A stretch of 32,000 nt of DNA from a bacterium (lineage in GTDB: Bacteria; UBP7; UBA6624; JBBIMK01), in NCBI GenBank assembly GCA_037444445.1, contig JBBIMK010000008.1, forward strand, positions 1 through 32,000, written 5' to 3'. Shown one piece after another: positions 1 to 8,020 of the stretch. The notes below the pieces were generated by a model. It had not been told where the DNA came from. It searched no databases and saw only the letters and a program-made list of their open reading frames with translations. The position numbers and the translations under genes were made by a program. Each line of letters starts with the position of its first letter. Position 1 is the first letter of the stretch.

Positions 1-51
1 CGTAAGGCTGAACCGCCAGAAGTTCCAGAAAGGCTTCACTCCTGTTGCCAT
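1..51 (-). CDS. 5' end of an unidentified CDS that continues off the left edge (partial)
   Basis: Minus-strand ATG at 51..49 is preceded by GGAGGTG (65..59) with a 7-nt spacer. The frame is open to position 1 (MATGVKPFWNFWRFSLT...). Too short to assign a family. Confidence 0.35.
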   Translation of the reverse strand, partial: MATGVKPFWNFWRFSLT

Positions 52-120
52 CTTCTTTCACCTCCGATAGACTTCCAGGCCACCATCATCCTACTACATT
101 GAAGGGGGAAAGTCAAATGG

Positions 121-230
121 GGGGGTGAAATCCCGCTTCTTATCACGGGAGGAGGCGAGCTCCTCCCCTACATTTTTTTTCTTACTTTTCCAGCGGGGTG
201 AGGGGGTGAAATCCCGCTTCTTATCACGGG
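121..230. repeat. Perfect 29-nt direct repeat GGGGGTGAAATCCCGCTTCTTATCACGGG, two copies (121-149 and 202-230), 81-nt period
   Basis: Exact match read directly. The 52-nt spacer holds an 8-bp perfect hairpin, GGGAGGAG (147-154) / CTCCTCCC (160-167) with a 5-nt loop, followed by a T9 run (172-180). Copy 2 contains the stop codon of the 224..664 minus-strand gene. Confidence 0.9.
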
Positions 231-664
231 GTGTGGCGAACCCGAAGTCGCCTGAACTCTTCCAGAACCGAGCGGTTCATCACCACATTCATTTTCAGCA
301 TAGACGCATAATTTGCCATAGGCAAATTGATGACGCCTTTCTCCAGCCACAGGGATTGGGCATCCCGTGCAATAGCGGATTCAATGAGAGACTGGGTAAT
401 GTCGGTGCTGACCCCGAATATAACCGCCATATCAACCTTCGTTCGTAAAGGCAAACCCCAGAAGGAGGCATACACCTTGAACCCCAGAACTTCTTGCCAG
501 GCATAAAGTGGGTTGATAAGGAAAAGCGAGTATTTTTTCTTCAAAAGAAACTGGATGGTTCTGTAGCTATCACTATGGGGACTGGTGGAAAAGCCCACCA
601 CAGCAATGTGATGGGAAGTTTCTAAAATTCCACGGATTTCTTCATCCGAATCACAGAAGGGCAT
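224..664 (-). CDS. CoA-binding domain protein (YccU/YneT-like)
   Basis: 146 aa. Its N-terminus (ILETSHHIAVVGFSTSPHSDSY...LLKKKYSLFLINP) parallels the second copy at 10447..10884 (ILTTYQRIAVVGMSRDLTKPAR...LMSKKYHIIPVNP). This is the typical Rossmann-like CoA-binding layout. It lies 6 nt downstream of the 671..2446 gene. Confidence 0.8.
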   Translation of the reverse strand: MPFCDSDEEIRGILETSHHIAVVGFSTSPHSDSYRTIQFLLKKKYSLFLINPLYAWQEVLGFKVYASFWGLPLRTKVDMAVIFGVSTDITQSLIESAIARDAQSLWLEKGVINLPMANYASMLKMNVVMNRSVLEEFRRLRVRHTP

Positions 665-670
665 AAGATC

Positions 671-2446
671 TCACTTTTGAGTGGAAAACCAGTTGGATTC
701 TGGCGTGGCGGATTTGAATTCCAGGGTGCCTGTATTGAGAATATACTTTTCAGGCGTCAGAGAAAATGGTTCCGGTGGATTGGATAAATGGATGGGGAAA
801 TCGTGCCGAAAGCCTTTGTCGTATAACAAAATCGCCAGAGCATACCTTCCGAATCCCATTCCCTGAATGTTAAAAGTTCCATCAGGTTTCAGGGGGAAGT
901 ATCGGACCAGAAAAGAGGCGGATGGATTCACCAGTTCAGGAGGCAAAACACGGGATACACCCACAAACGCATTAGCAGAGAGGAGTTCATCAGGATTCAG
1001 GGCTTCTGGAGGAAAGAGCAACCTTCCCTGGATGCCTCCGATGCTCCGCTCATCCGAGCCAAAGGTCGCCTGGAGATGTTCCACCTTTTGTTTCCATTCT
1101 TCCAGCGGATAAGTAGAACCAAGAGCCGCATTCACTCGCTGGATATTTCGCTTCATATTTTCCCACTCCTCTTTCGTTTCTTCCGTTTTGTTTCGGCTTG
1201 AGAAAAGGAGTAAAACCTGAAAGTGAAGAGCGGGTGAAAAATCCTCAACGGTAGGAGCGATGAATCGAAATTTCTTGAATTCGTCATCTGATAGAAAGGG
1301 GTCATACAGAGCCGACTGGAGAGCCAGGGAGTAAAAGGGTTGACGGGGGGAGAAGGCCCGAATTTCCGCCCATTTTAACAAAGTCTGGCGAACCCTCGGC
1401 GGATTCATCACATATCTTCGCAATTGCTCTGCCTGCGTGGCAATCTCCGCCGGAACATACAGGGCAATTGAACCCGGTAATTCTGCGTAGAACATTCGGG
1501 AAGCCAGTTCCCGGTCCATAGAAATGTCCAGAACTTCACCTTTTCCACCCGTGAACAAGCGCCCTACCGCCCGGTTTCGTTCATAGGCTTCTCCATCCGC
1601 TGGAACGAAAACCTTGATGTCAGGAATCTCCATCGCCCTCGGCACAGGCATAGGCTTTAGTAATGCCGGTGGGAGATAAATCAAAACAGTCGAAATAATA
1701 ACGATAGAGAACAACAGGGAAAATAAAGAACGAAATGCACGAAGTTCAATCCAGAAGAATAATACGCCGAATAAACAGACTGCCATAAAAAGAACAACAG
1801 GCGCCACAAGGGTAAATGGATTCAGCGGATACTGAAGGAGCCCACCCAGAGCCTGCCGGTAGAAAAGAAACTGTAACATGATGAACTGAAATAGGAAAGT
1901 TAGAATGCCTCCTGCAGTATAAAAAGGGTGAAGGGGTTTGCCGGTCTCTGCCTGTTTAGCCCTCACGACTTGCTGAATCAAGAGAAGAGAAATCAGCATC
2001 TTGAGCCCGCCCATCCAAAAATATGAGAAAGGGTAAGAAACATAGGCTTTTTCTATGGCCTCCCGGGGAGCCCTTAAAATCCCGAATAAAATTGGCGAAA
2101 AAATACCTGTAAACTGAAGCAGATAAGCCAGCAGAATGAGAAAAAGATGAAAAAGGGAGAATCGGCCTTTCCGAAAGATGAGAGAGCGAGAAAGAAATAT
2201 CGTAAGCCAGCCAGTGATAAGGGCGCCGGGAACCGCCAGCCACTTCATAAGTTCCGTATAAGGGAAAAGGTGAAAATAATAAAGAAGGAGGGTATAGAAG
2301 AGCCCCCCGCTAAAGCGATACACTGCGGAAGGAAGTTCAGGAAGAAGGTGTGAAGGATAAAAAAAGAACGAGGTCAGAAAACCCGTGAGAACGGAAAATA
2401 AAAGCAAAAAACCCCCGGCGGTGATAACCAGCAGAAGTTTCCTCAT
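671..2446 (-). CDS. Polytopic membrane protein (about 8 TM segments) with a ~320-aa C-terminal soluble domain, function unknown
   Basis: 591-aa ORF. The N-terminal ~270 aa are strongly hydrophobic helices. The C-terminal half is hydrophilic and ends in a beta-sandwich-like segment (DGTFNIQGMGFGRYALAILLYD). I recognise no family signature. Confidence 0.75.
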   Translation of the reverse strand: MRKLLLVITAGGFLLLFSVLTGFLTSFFFYPSHLLPELPSAVYRFSGGLFYTLLLYYFHLFPYTELMKWLAVPGALITGWLTIFLSRSLIFRKGRFSLFHLFLILLAYLLQFTGIFSPILFGILRAPREAIEKAYVSYPFSYFWMGGLKMLISLLLIQQVVRAKQAETGKPLHPFYTAGGILTFLFQFIMLQFLFYRQALGGLLQYPLNPFTLVAPVVLFMAVCLFGVLFFWIELRAFRSLFSLLFSIVIISTVLIYLPPALLKPMPVPRAMEIPDIKVFVPADGEAYERNRAVGRLFTGGKGEVLDISMDRELASRMFYAELPGSIALYVPAEIATQAEQLRRYVMNPPRVRQTLLKWAEIRAFSPRQPFYSLALQSALYDPFLSDDEFKKFRFIAPTVEDFSPALHFQVLLLFSSRNKTEETKEEWENMKRNIQRVNAALGSTYPLEEWKQKVEHLQATFGSDERSIGGIQGRLLFPPEALNPDELLSANAFVGVSRVLPPELVNPSASFLVRYFPLKPDGTFNIQGMGFGRYALAILLYDKGFRHDFPIHLSNPPEPFSLTPEKYILNTGTLEFKSATPESNWFSTQK

Positions 2447-2473
2447 TGCATACCTTTATTATGATACTATAAT
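2446..2473 (+). promoter_or_regulatory. Candidate sigma70-type promoter TTGCAT-N16-TATAAT
   Basis: TTGCAT at 2446-2451 and TATAAT at 2468-2473, in the 242-bp divergent intergenic region upstream of the esterase-sulfatase gene. The -35 element overlaps the start codon of the divergent 671..2446 gene. Confidence 0.4.
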
Positions 2474-2688
2474 TGAAAAGGAGAGACAGAAAAGGAAGCG
2501 AGCCTCATCCTTCCACCAGCCAGTTTACCACCCTCTGGTATGATGAATGTATCATTTACGGGTTTATGCCGGCCGGGCTCTTTTATACCTATGATGTCGT
2601 TCCAGCGGAATAATCACTGAAATGTGACACAGTGGTTGCTGAAACTCTTTATGGATTTTAGAGTTTAATAACGGTGAGGTGATGGGAA

Positions 2689-5112
2689 ATGTCCCAACAA
2701 AAATCTTCGGAATCTCTCCGCGCTCCTGCGATTGAGGGGCGGGATGAAGGGTGGAGAAGACGGGATTGGATAGGAAGAAAGGGAATTTTCACTGCATTAC
2801 GGATTGCGGGGGAGATGGGGCTTCTCCTGATAGGAATAGGGGGGGCCTTTGCCTTGCAGGGTGCCATCGGGCGGTGGGGAACTCCACCGCTTTTAGAAGG
2901 TGTGGAAATCATCAAGGATGTGGAGTATGGCAGGGTGGGAGGAGTTTCGTTGAAATTGGATATATATAAGCCGAAGGGCAGTAAGGCACAGGGCGTTTCT
3001 GAACAGCCGGCAGTGGTCTGGATACACGGCGGTGGCTGGCGAAGCGGGGATAAATTTCCTGCTCCCGTTGCCGCACAATTGGCTTCCGCCGGCTTCTTTG
3101 CGGTGAGCATCAACTACCGGCTGAGTGGAGTAGCCACTTTTCCTGCGGCGGTGGAAGATGCGAAATGCGCCGTCCGCTGGCTCCGGGCAAATGCAGGAAC
3201 ATATCATGTGGACCCCAATCGGATAGGCGTGGGTGGGGGCTCGGCTGGCGGGCATCTTTCTTTGATGGTGGGTTTGACGGATGAAAAAGCACACCTGGAG
3301 CCAAAATGGTGTTATGATGGGGTATCCAGCCGGGTTCAAGCGGTCGTCTCCTATTTCGGCCCCACGGACCTGACCCGTGGAGTGGAGAACGCTCCCGGGG
3401 CAAATGAAAGCGTCCTGATGGCTTTCCTTGGGGGCACTCCATCGGAAATACCGGATGCATATAAAAAGGCAAGCCCGATTACTTATGCCAGCAAGGATGA
3501 CCCGCCTGTGCTGATGATTCACGGAGAAAACGACTCCGTCGTCCCTGTCTCTCAATCAGAGATTCTACTGGACGCACTGGCGAGTGTCGGAGGGGATGCA
3601 AACCTCATCCGGGTGAAGAATGCGGGGCATGGCTTTCGCTCTGCGCATATGCAAACCATACAGCCCTCCTTGCAGGAAATTCATCAGGAAACGCTTTCTT
3701 TCTTCCAGCAACACTTAAACACTTCAACTCCGAAACTTTCTAATCCATTCACTTCTCCTCTTCCCAAGCCTTCCCCTACAAGACTCCCTAATACTCCCAA
3801 CATACTGTTCATCCTCTCCGATGACCAACGGTGGGATACCCTCGGGGTTTACGGGAATCGTTCTATCAAAACTCCAAACATAGATAGCCTGGCAAACAGG
3901 GGAGCCCTATTCACAAACGGGTTCGTGGCGGCGCCACTCTGCTGTCCATCACGAGCCACCTTCCTCACCGGTCTTTACCCGCATCAAACTGGCATCCTCA
4001 CTAATGGAAGAGGGCAAACCACCATCCCGAAAGGTGTGAAAACGGTGGCGGAGTATCTGAATCAAGCGGGCTATATTACAGGGTTTGTGGGCAAGGCACA
4101 TCTGGATGGTGGGCCGTATGCCTGGGGTTTTCAGGAGGCGCCTGTGTATCTCCCCGGCGGCGGGTCCCGCCACGAAAACCCGATGCTGGTGGTGAAAGGC
4201 TCTCCGCAATCATTGCCCGGCAGGGTCCGCCAGAATAGCGATTTGGAAGATGAGTATTACTCATCTCCCGGGGAACCCCAGAAGGTGGAGGGGCTGATAA
4301 CCCCGATTTTTGCCGATGCGGCCATTCAATTTTTGGAGAAGCACAAAAACGACCGCTTCTTCCTGTGGCTGGCAACCACCGCCCCTCACACGCCGTATTA
4401 TAACGACCCGAAGTTCCCTTATGACAGGGATCACATCCTCCCGCCCCCCGGTTTTCCTGAACCTCTCCTCAGCAATGCCGACTGGGCAGGCTACTACTCC
4501 ACCATCAGCCATCTGGATTATCACCTCGGAAGAGTGCTTCAAAAATTGGAAGAATCAGGACTGGATAAAAACACTGTGATAATCTTTACCTCTGACAATG
4601 GCTTTATGATGGGAAGCCACGGGCTTCAGGGGAAATCTGTTTGGTATGAAGAATCCATCCGGGTTCCCTGGATTATGGTATGGAAGGGGAAAATCAGCCC
4701 GGGCACCGTGGTGTCTGCCCCGGTGGAAGCCGTAGACTTCCTTCCCACCGTGCTGGAAATCGCAAATATTCCAGTTCCAGACAAGTATGAAGGAATCAGC
4801 ATCCTTCACAGCCTCGTGATTACACCTGGAAAAACCCGTGATACCGTCTACAGCGAGGTAAAGCAGGGTGGAAAAAGGCGAAAAGGGCTGGGGCGTCTCC
4901 CGGGCATTGAGGGTGGTCGTCACTGGCAGATGGTTCGGACGGAAGAGTATAAATATGTCTGGTTCAGCGACGGAAGCGAAATTTTATATGACCTGAAGAG
5001 CGACCCGAAAGAAACCCAAAACCTGGTCCAGAACCCCTCTTATGCCAGGGTTCTCAAAGATATGAGAAGCCTCCACAAGGAGTGGATGGAGAAAACGCCA
5101 TCTTTTCAGTGA
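2689..5112 (+). CDS. Membrane-anchored two-domain protein: alpha/beta-hydrolase (esterase/lipase-type) domain fused to a formylglycine-dependent sulfatase domain
   Basis: 807 aa, with ATG 2689 preceded by GGTGAGGTGA. N-terminal hydrophobic anchor (GLLLIGIGGAFALQG). Esterase signatures: VWIHGGGW oxyanion motif, GGSAGG nucleophile elbow (Ser codon 3241-3243), and a C-terminal HG motif. A Pro/Ser/Thr linker follows. Sulfatase signatures: ILFILSDDQRWD and CCPSRATFLTG (C-x-P-x-R; Cys codon 3940-3942). Confidence 0.9.
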   Translation: MSQQKSSESLRAPAIEGRDEGWRRRDWIGRKGIFTALRIAGEMGLLLIGIGGAFALQGAIGRWGTPPLLEGVEIIKDVEYGRVGGVSLKLDIYKPKGSKAQGVSEQPAVVWIHGGGWRSGDKFPAPVAAQLASAGFFAVSINYRLSGVATFPAAVEDAKCAVRWLRANAGTYHVDPNRIGVGGGSAGGHLSLMVGLTDEKAHLEPKWCYDGVSSRVQAVVSYFGPTDLTRGVENAPGANESVLMAFLGGTPSEIPDAYKKASPITYASKDDPPVLMIHGENDSVVPVSQSEILLDALASVGGDANLIRVKNAGHGFRSAHMQTIQPSLQEIHQETLSFFQQHLNTSTPKLSNPFTSPLPKPSPTRLPNTPNILFILSDDQRWDTLGVYGNRSIKTPNIDSLANRGALFTNGFVAAPLCCPSRATFLTGLYPHQTGILTNGRGQTTIPKGVKTVAEYLNQAGYITGFVGKAHLDGGPYAWGFQEAPVYLPGGGSRHENPMLVVKGSPQSLPGRVRQNSDLEDEYYSSPGEPQKVEGLITPIFADAAIQFLEKHKNDRFFLWLATTAPHTPYYNDPKFPYDRDHILPPPGFPEPLLSNADWAGYYSTISHLDYHLGRVLQKLEESGLDKNTVIIFTSDNGFMMGSHGLQGKSVWYEESIRVPWIMVWKGKISPGTVVSAPVEAVDFLPTVLEIANIPVPDKYEGISILHSLVITPGKTRDTVYSEVKQGGKRRKGLGRLPGIEGGRHWQMVRTEEYKYVWFSDGSEILYDLKSDPKETQNLVQNPSYARVLKDMRSLHKEWMEKTPSFQ

Positions 5113-5139
5113 GCAAGCGATGAAGAGAAAAGTGATATA

Positions 5140-5436
5140 ATGGTAAATTGGAATATGGAAGAAGAACAGAATAAAGGAAGGAAGAAAGAGGGTGCAGGGA
5201 GCATTTTCAAGAGCGTGCTATATGGGATGGCGAGCCATGGGAATGTAACTTCCGCCCTGCGCACTCGCATGTATTTAGAGCATCTTTTTATGTTCATCAC
5301 CCTCGGAGATATGCTGGGCATCCCGGTCCTCCCTCCTTACTATTCTCTCCGCATCCTTCCGTATGTAGTGCCCAACATCAAATCCTGGAAGCAGAGAGTA
5401 TTCAAAGAGCGGGACTTCACCGACGCCATCTATTAA
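5140..5436 (+). CDS. Hypothetical small protein (98 aa)
   Basis: This ORF fills the gap between flanking same-strand genes. It has a Lys/Glu-rich N-terminus followed by a hydrophobic, conserved-looking core (YLEHLFMFITLGDMLGIPVLPPYYSLRILPYVVP). No family recognised. Confidence 0.5.
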   Translation: MVNWNMEEEQNKGRKKEGAGSIFKSVLYGMASHGNVTSALRTRMYLEHLFMFITLGDMLGIPVLPPYYSLRILPYVVPNIKSWKQRVFKERDFTDAIY

Positions 5437-5528
5437 AGAAACTTTCACACTATTCATAGAATCCTTCTCCCTGGTAAAAGTCAGGGCGATTATAATAAAA
5501 GATTGGAAAAGAGGTGGGAAGAACCTTT

Positions 5529-6578
5529 ATGGAAAAAATTCGTGTGGTGATTTACGGGCTGGGGGAGATGGGAAAGAGCATCGCTCGCCTGCTACTGGAG
5601 AAAGAAGATTACGAATTAGTGGGAGCAATAGACATTGACCCCAGGAAGGTAGGACGGGATTTAGGCTCCATTCTCGGGGTTCGCAAAAAATTCGGAATCC
5701 CTGTATCCCAAAAACTGGAAGAAGTTCTGATACACCGTCCGGAAGTGATTATTCACGCCACTGTCTCTCTACTGTCGGAGGCTGCGGAGCAAATCCTGGC
5801 ATGCGTGGACTCTGGCGCTGATGTGATTTCCACCTGCGAAGAGCTGGCATACCCCTATAGCAAATATCCGGAACTGGCGGATAAATTACAGCGACAGGCA
5901 AAGGCGAAAAGAGTGTGCCTTCTCGCAACTGGAATCAACCCTGGATTCGTTATGGACACCTTGCCCCTTCTCCTGACAGCAGCCTGTCAGAAGGTAAAAA
6001 GCGTCAGGGTATGTCGTGTGGTGGATGCCGGGCAAAGGCGCCCGTCTCTTCAAAAGAAAGTGGGAGCGGGCCTCTCATTCAAAGACTTCTGTCAACAAGC
6101 AAAAGAAGGAAAAATCAAGCATCACGGGTTACCTGAATCCACCGCTCTCATTGCTGAGGAACTGGGATGGAAACTCAGCAAGATTCAGGAAAGAATGCGC
6201 CCTGTCATCGCTGAAACTCCCGTAAAAACCCGATATGTGGTTATGAAAAGAGGGCAAGTGCTGGGAGTTCAGCAGTTTTGCACGGGATTCGTTGATGGGG
6301 AACCAAAAATTCAACTGAAACTCCAGATATCTGTGGGGGTGAAAAAACCCTGTGATGAAATTCTCATTGATGGCCTTCCACCGATTCACATAAAAATTCC
6401 CGGGGGGATACACGGCGACCTGGCAACGCCCGCCATCGTCGTGAACTCTATTCCCCAGCTTCTCTTTACTCCACCGGGATTATATAACGCTACCGACTTC
6501 CGCATTTATTTTCAACCTGCAAGATTTTTCTCCGAACTGGCCTCTGAAAAAAAATGGCGCAGAGCCTGGCGTGGTTAA
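5529..6578 (+). CDS. NAD(P)-dependent DapB-like / amine dehydrogenase family protein (2,4-diaminopentanoate-dehydrogenase-like)
   Basis: The N-terminal Rossmann motif MEKIRVVIYGLGEMGKSIARLL...LVGAIDID and a length of about 350 aa fit the dihydrodipicolinate-reductase-like amine dehydrogenase family. I prefer ATG 5529 over the track's GTG 5514, with AGAGGTGGGA upstream. Confidence 0.7.
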   Translation: MEKIRVVIYGLGEMGKSIARLLLEKEDYELVGAIDIDPRKVGRDLGSILGVRKKFGIPVSQKLEEVLIHRPEVIIHATVSLLSEAAEQILACVDSGADVISTCEELAYPYSKYPELADKLQRQAKAKRVCLLATGINPGFVMDTLPLLLTAACQKVKSVRVCRVVDAGQRRPSLQKKVGAGLSFKDFCQQAKEGKIKHHGLPESTALIAEELGWKLSKIQERMRPVIAETPVKTRYVVMKRGQVLGVQQFCTGFVDGEPKIQLKLQISVGVKKPCDEILIDGLPPIHIKIPGGIHGDLATPAIVVNSIPQLLFTPPGLYNATDFRIYFQPARFFSELASEKKWRRAWRG

Positions 6579-7399
6579 ACGGATTGTTTCTGAATCTTGA
6601 AAACGCAAAGATTTCTGTGGAAGACCGGGGCTTTCAGTTTGCCGACGGAGTCTATGAGGTGATACGAGTTTATCACGGCAGACCCTTTCTGGCAGAAGCA
6701 CACCTCAGCCGACTCCAGCGGAGCGCCTCCGCTATTGAACTCCCCCTGCCACTTCCGGAAGAAGAACTCAAAAGAATAATGATGGAACTTCTTCACCGAA
6801 GTGGATTGGAAGAGGCTGAGATATATATTCAAATAACCCGGGGCGTTATGCCCAGGGACCACCGAATTCCTGATAGAATTCAACCCACAGTGGTGATGAC
6901 CATTCGCGCACCGCGAATCGTTCCCCCTGAGATCCGCACCCATGGAGCAAGAGCCATCACCACCACCGACGAGCGGTGGGGGCGGTGCGACATCAAATCC
7001 ATCGCTCTTTTAGCCAACATCCTCGCCCGCCAGAAAGCCCATCGCTCTGGCGCTTACGAGGCTATCTTCATCCGAAATGGCTATGTCACCGAAGCCACCA
7101 GCAGTAATGTCTTCCTCTATGACGGCTCCGCCCTGCTGACCTCTGTGGCTGACCATCGCATCCTCAACGGTATCACCCGTCAATGGCTTATCCAGTTAGC
7201 GAAAAATCTCGGGTACACTGTAAAAGAACAAGACATTCCACAGGACGCCCTATACACCTCCCGGGAAGTTCTCCTCACCGGCACTATCACAGAAGTCCTC
7301 GCAGTGGTGGAAATTGATGGGCAAAAAGTGGGAGAGGGAACTCCCGGCAAAGTTTTCCGGGACCTGTATAGCGCCCTCCATTCTTCCTTACCCGGTTAA
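6554..7399 (+). CDS. Fold-type IV (class IV) aminotransferase, D-amino-acid aminotransferase-like
   Basis: 281 aa. WLNG...ISVEDRGFQFADGVYEVIRVYHGRPF...HLSRLQRSA is the canonical class IV N-terminal signature. It overlaps the preceding gene by 25 nt. Confidence 0.85.
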   Translation: MAQSLAWLNGLFLNLENAKISVEDRGFQFADGVYEVIRVYHGRPFLAEAHLSRLQRSASAIELPLPLPEEELKRIMMELLHRSGLEEAEIYIQITRGVMPRDHRIPDRIQPTVVMTIRAPRIVPPEIRTHGARAITTTDERWGRCDIKSIALLANILARQKAHRSGAYEAIFIRNGYVTEATSSNVFLYDGSALLTSVADHRILNGITRQWLIQLAKNLGYTVKEQDIPQDALYTSREVLLTGTITEVLAVVEIDGQKVGEGTPGKVFRDLYSALHSSLPG

Positions 7400-7917
7400 A
7401 CGATGTCTGCTTTATCTTTCCGAACTCCGGTTCTTAACGAATGCTCGTGAACACGCCGGGAATCCAGGATATGAATCACGCGTAACCCTCTCTTCATCAG
7501 GGCATCGGCAATAAACCGGCGATGACATCGGAACCATAGAAGTTCCGCACACATAACCGCTACAGAACCAGACTCCTGGTTTGCCAGCCGAATCAATTCC
7601 TCCAGCCCTTTCTTAAATATCGGTGTTTTCGTGTGCTTCACATATCCTTCCTTCCGGTATCCCCCCAGGCCCTCCCCCATCCACAGGTATTGAATGCCAG
7701 CCTCTTGAAGAGCCATTTTAAGAGTTTGCTTCTCAAACTGGGGATTCTTCCGGCTCAGGGGAAACCGACGAACATCCACCAGCCGACGAATGCGATAGTG
7801 TTTCAGCAAATCCACGAACTCACGGATAGGATGCGTTGAATGCCCGATTGTATAAACAGCCGCAACAGGGAATGCCTCCAGAACCCTTCCGTGATGATAC
7901 TTCCTTTCCTTCCTCAC
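7396..7917 (-). CDS. DUF488 family protein
   Basis: 173 aa. VYTIGHSTHPIREFVDLLKHYRIRRLVDVRRFPLSRKNPQF and AVMCAELLWFRCHRRFIAD are typical DUF488 motifs. The only available start is GTG at 7917. Its stop overlaps the stop of the convergent 6554..7399 gene. Confidence 0.8.
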   Translation of the reverse strand: MRKERKYHHGRVLEAFPVAAVYTIGHSTHPIREFVDLLKHYRIRRLVDVRRFPLSRKNPQFEKQTLKMALQEAGIQYLWMGEGLGGYRKEGYVKHTKTPIFKKGLEELIRLANQESGSVAVMCAELLWFRCHRRFIADALMKRGLRVIHILDSRRVHEHSLRTGVRKDKADIV

Positions 7918-8020
7918 CTCATAGATATAATAACTCAGAAGTTGATTTCAATGCAGAGGACAGCCTGGCGTTGTCCTGTGCATTCTCATCAATTTGATAT
8001 ACTCATCTTATGGAAAAAGG

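Noticed and set aside
121-230. CRISPR array interpretation of the 29-nt repeats.
   Set aside because: There are only two copies, the spacer is 52 nt (too long for a typical array), there is no third repeat at the expected 81-nt phase on either side, no cas genes are in the window, and copy 2 lies inside a coding sequence.
125-448. 107-aa plus-strand ORF with a duplicated VKSRFLSR peptide.
   Set aside because: The duplication is just the translated DNA direct repeat. The remainder is antisense to the CoA-binding gene, and the ORF has no ribosome-binding site.
2658-3555. Antisense ORFs of 151, 220 and 120 aa opposite the esterase domain.
   Set aside because: The plus-strand frame carries clear alpha/beta-hydrolase motifs. 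The antisense products have no motifs and are compositionally biased.
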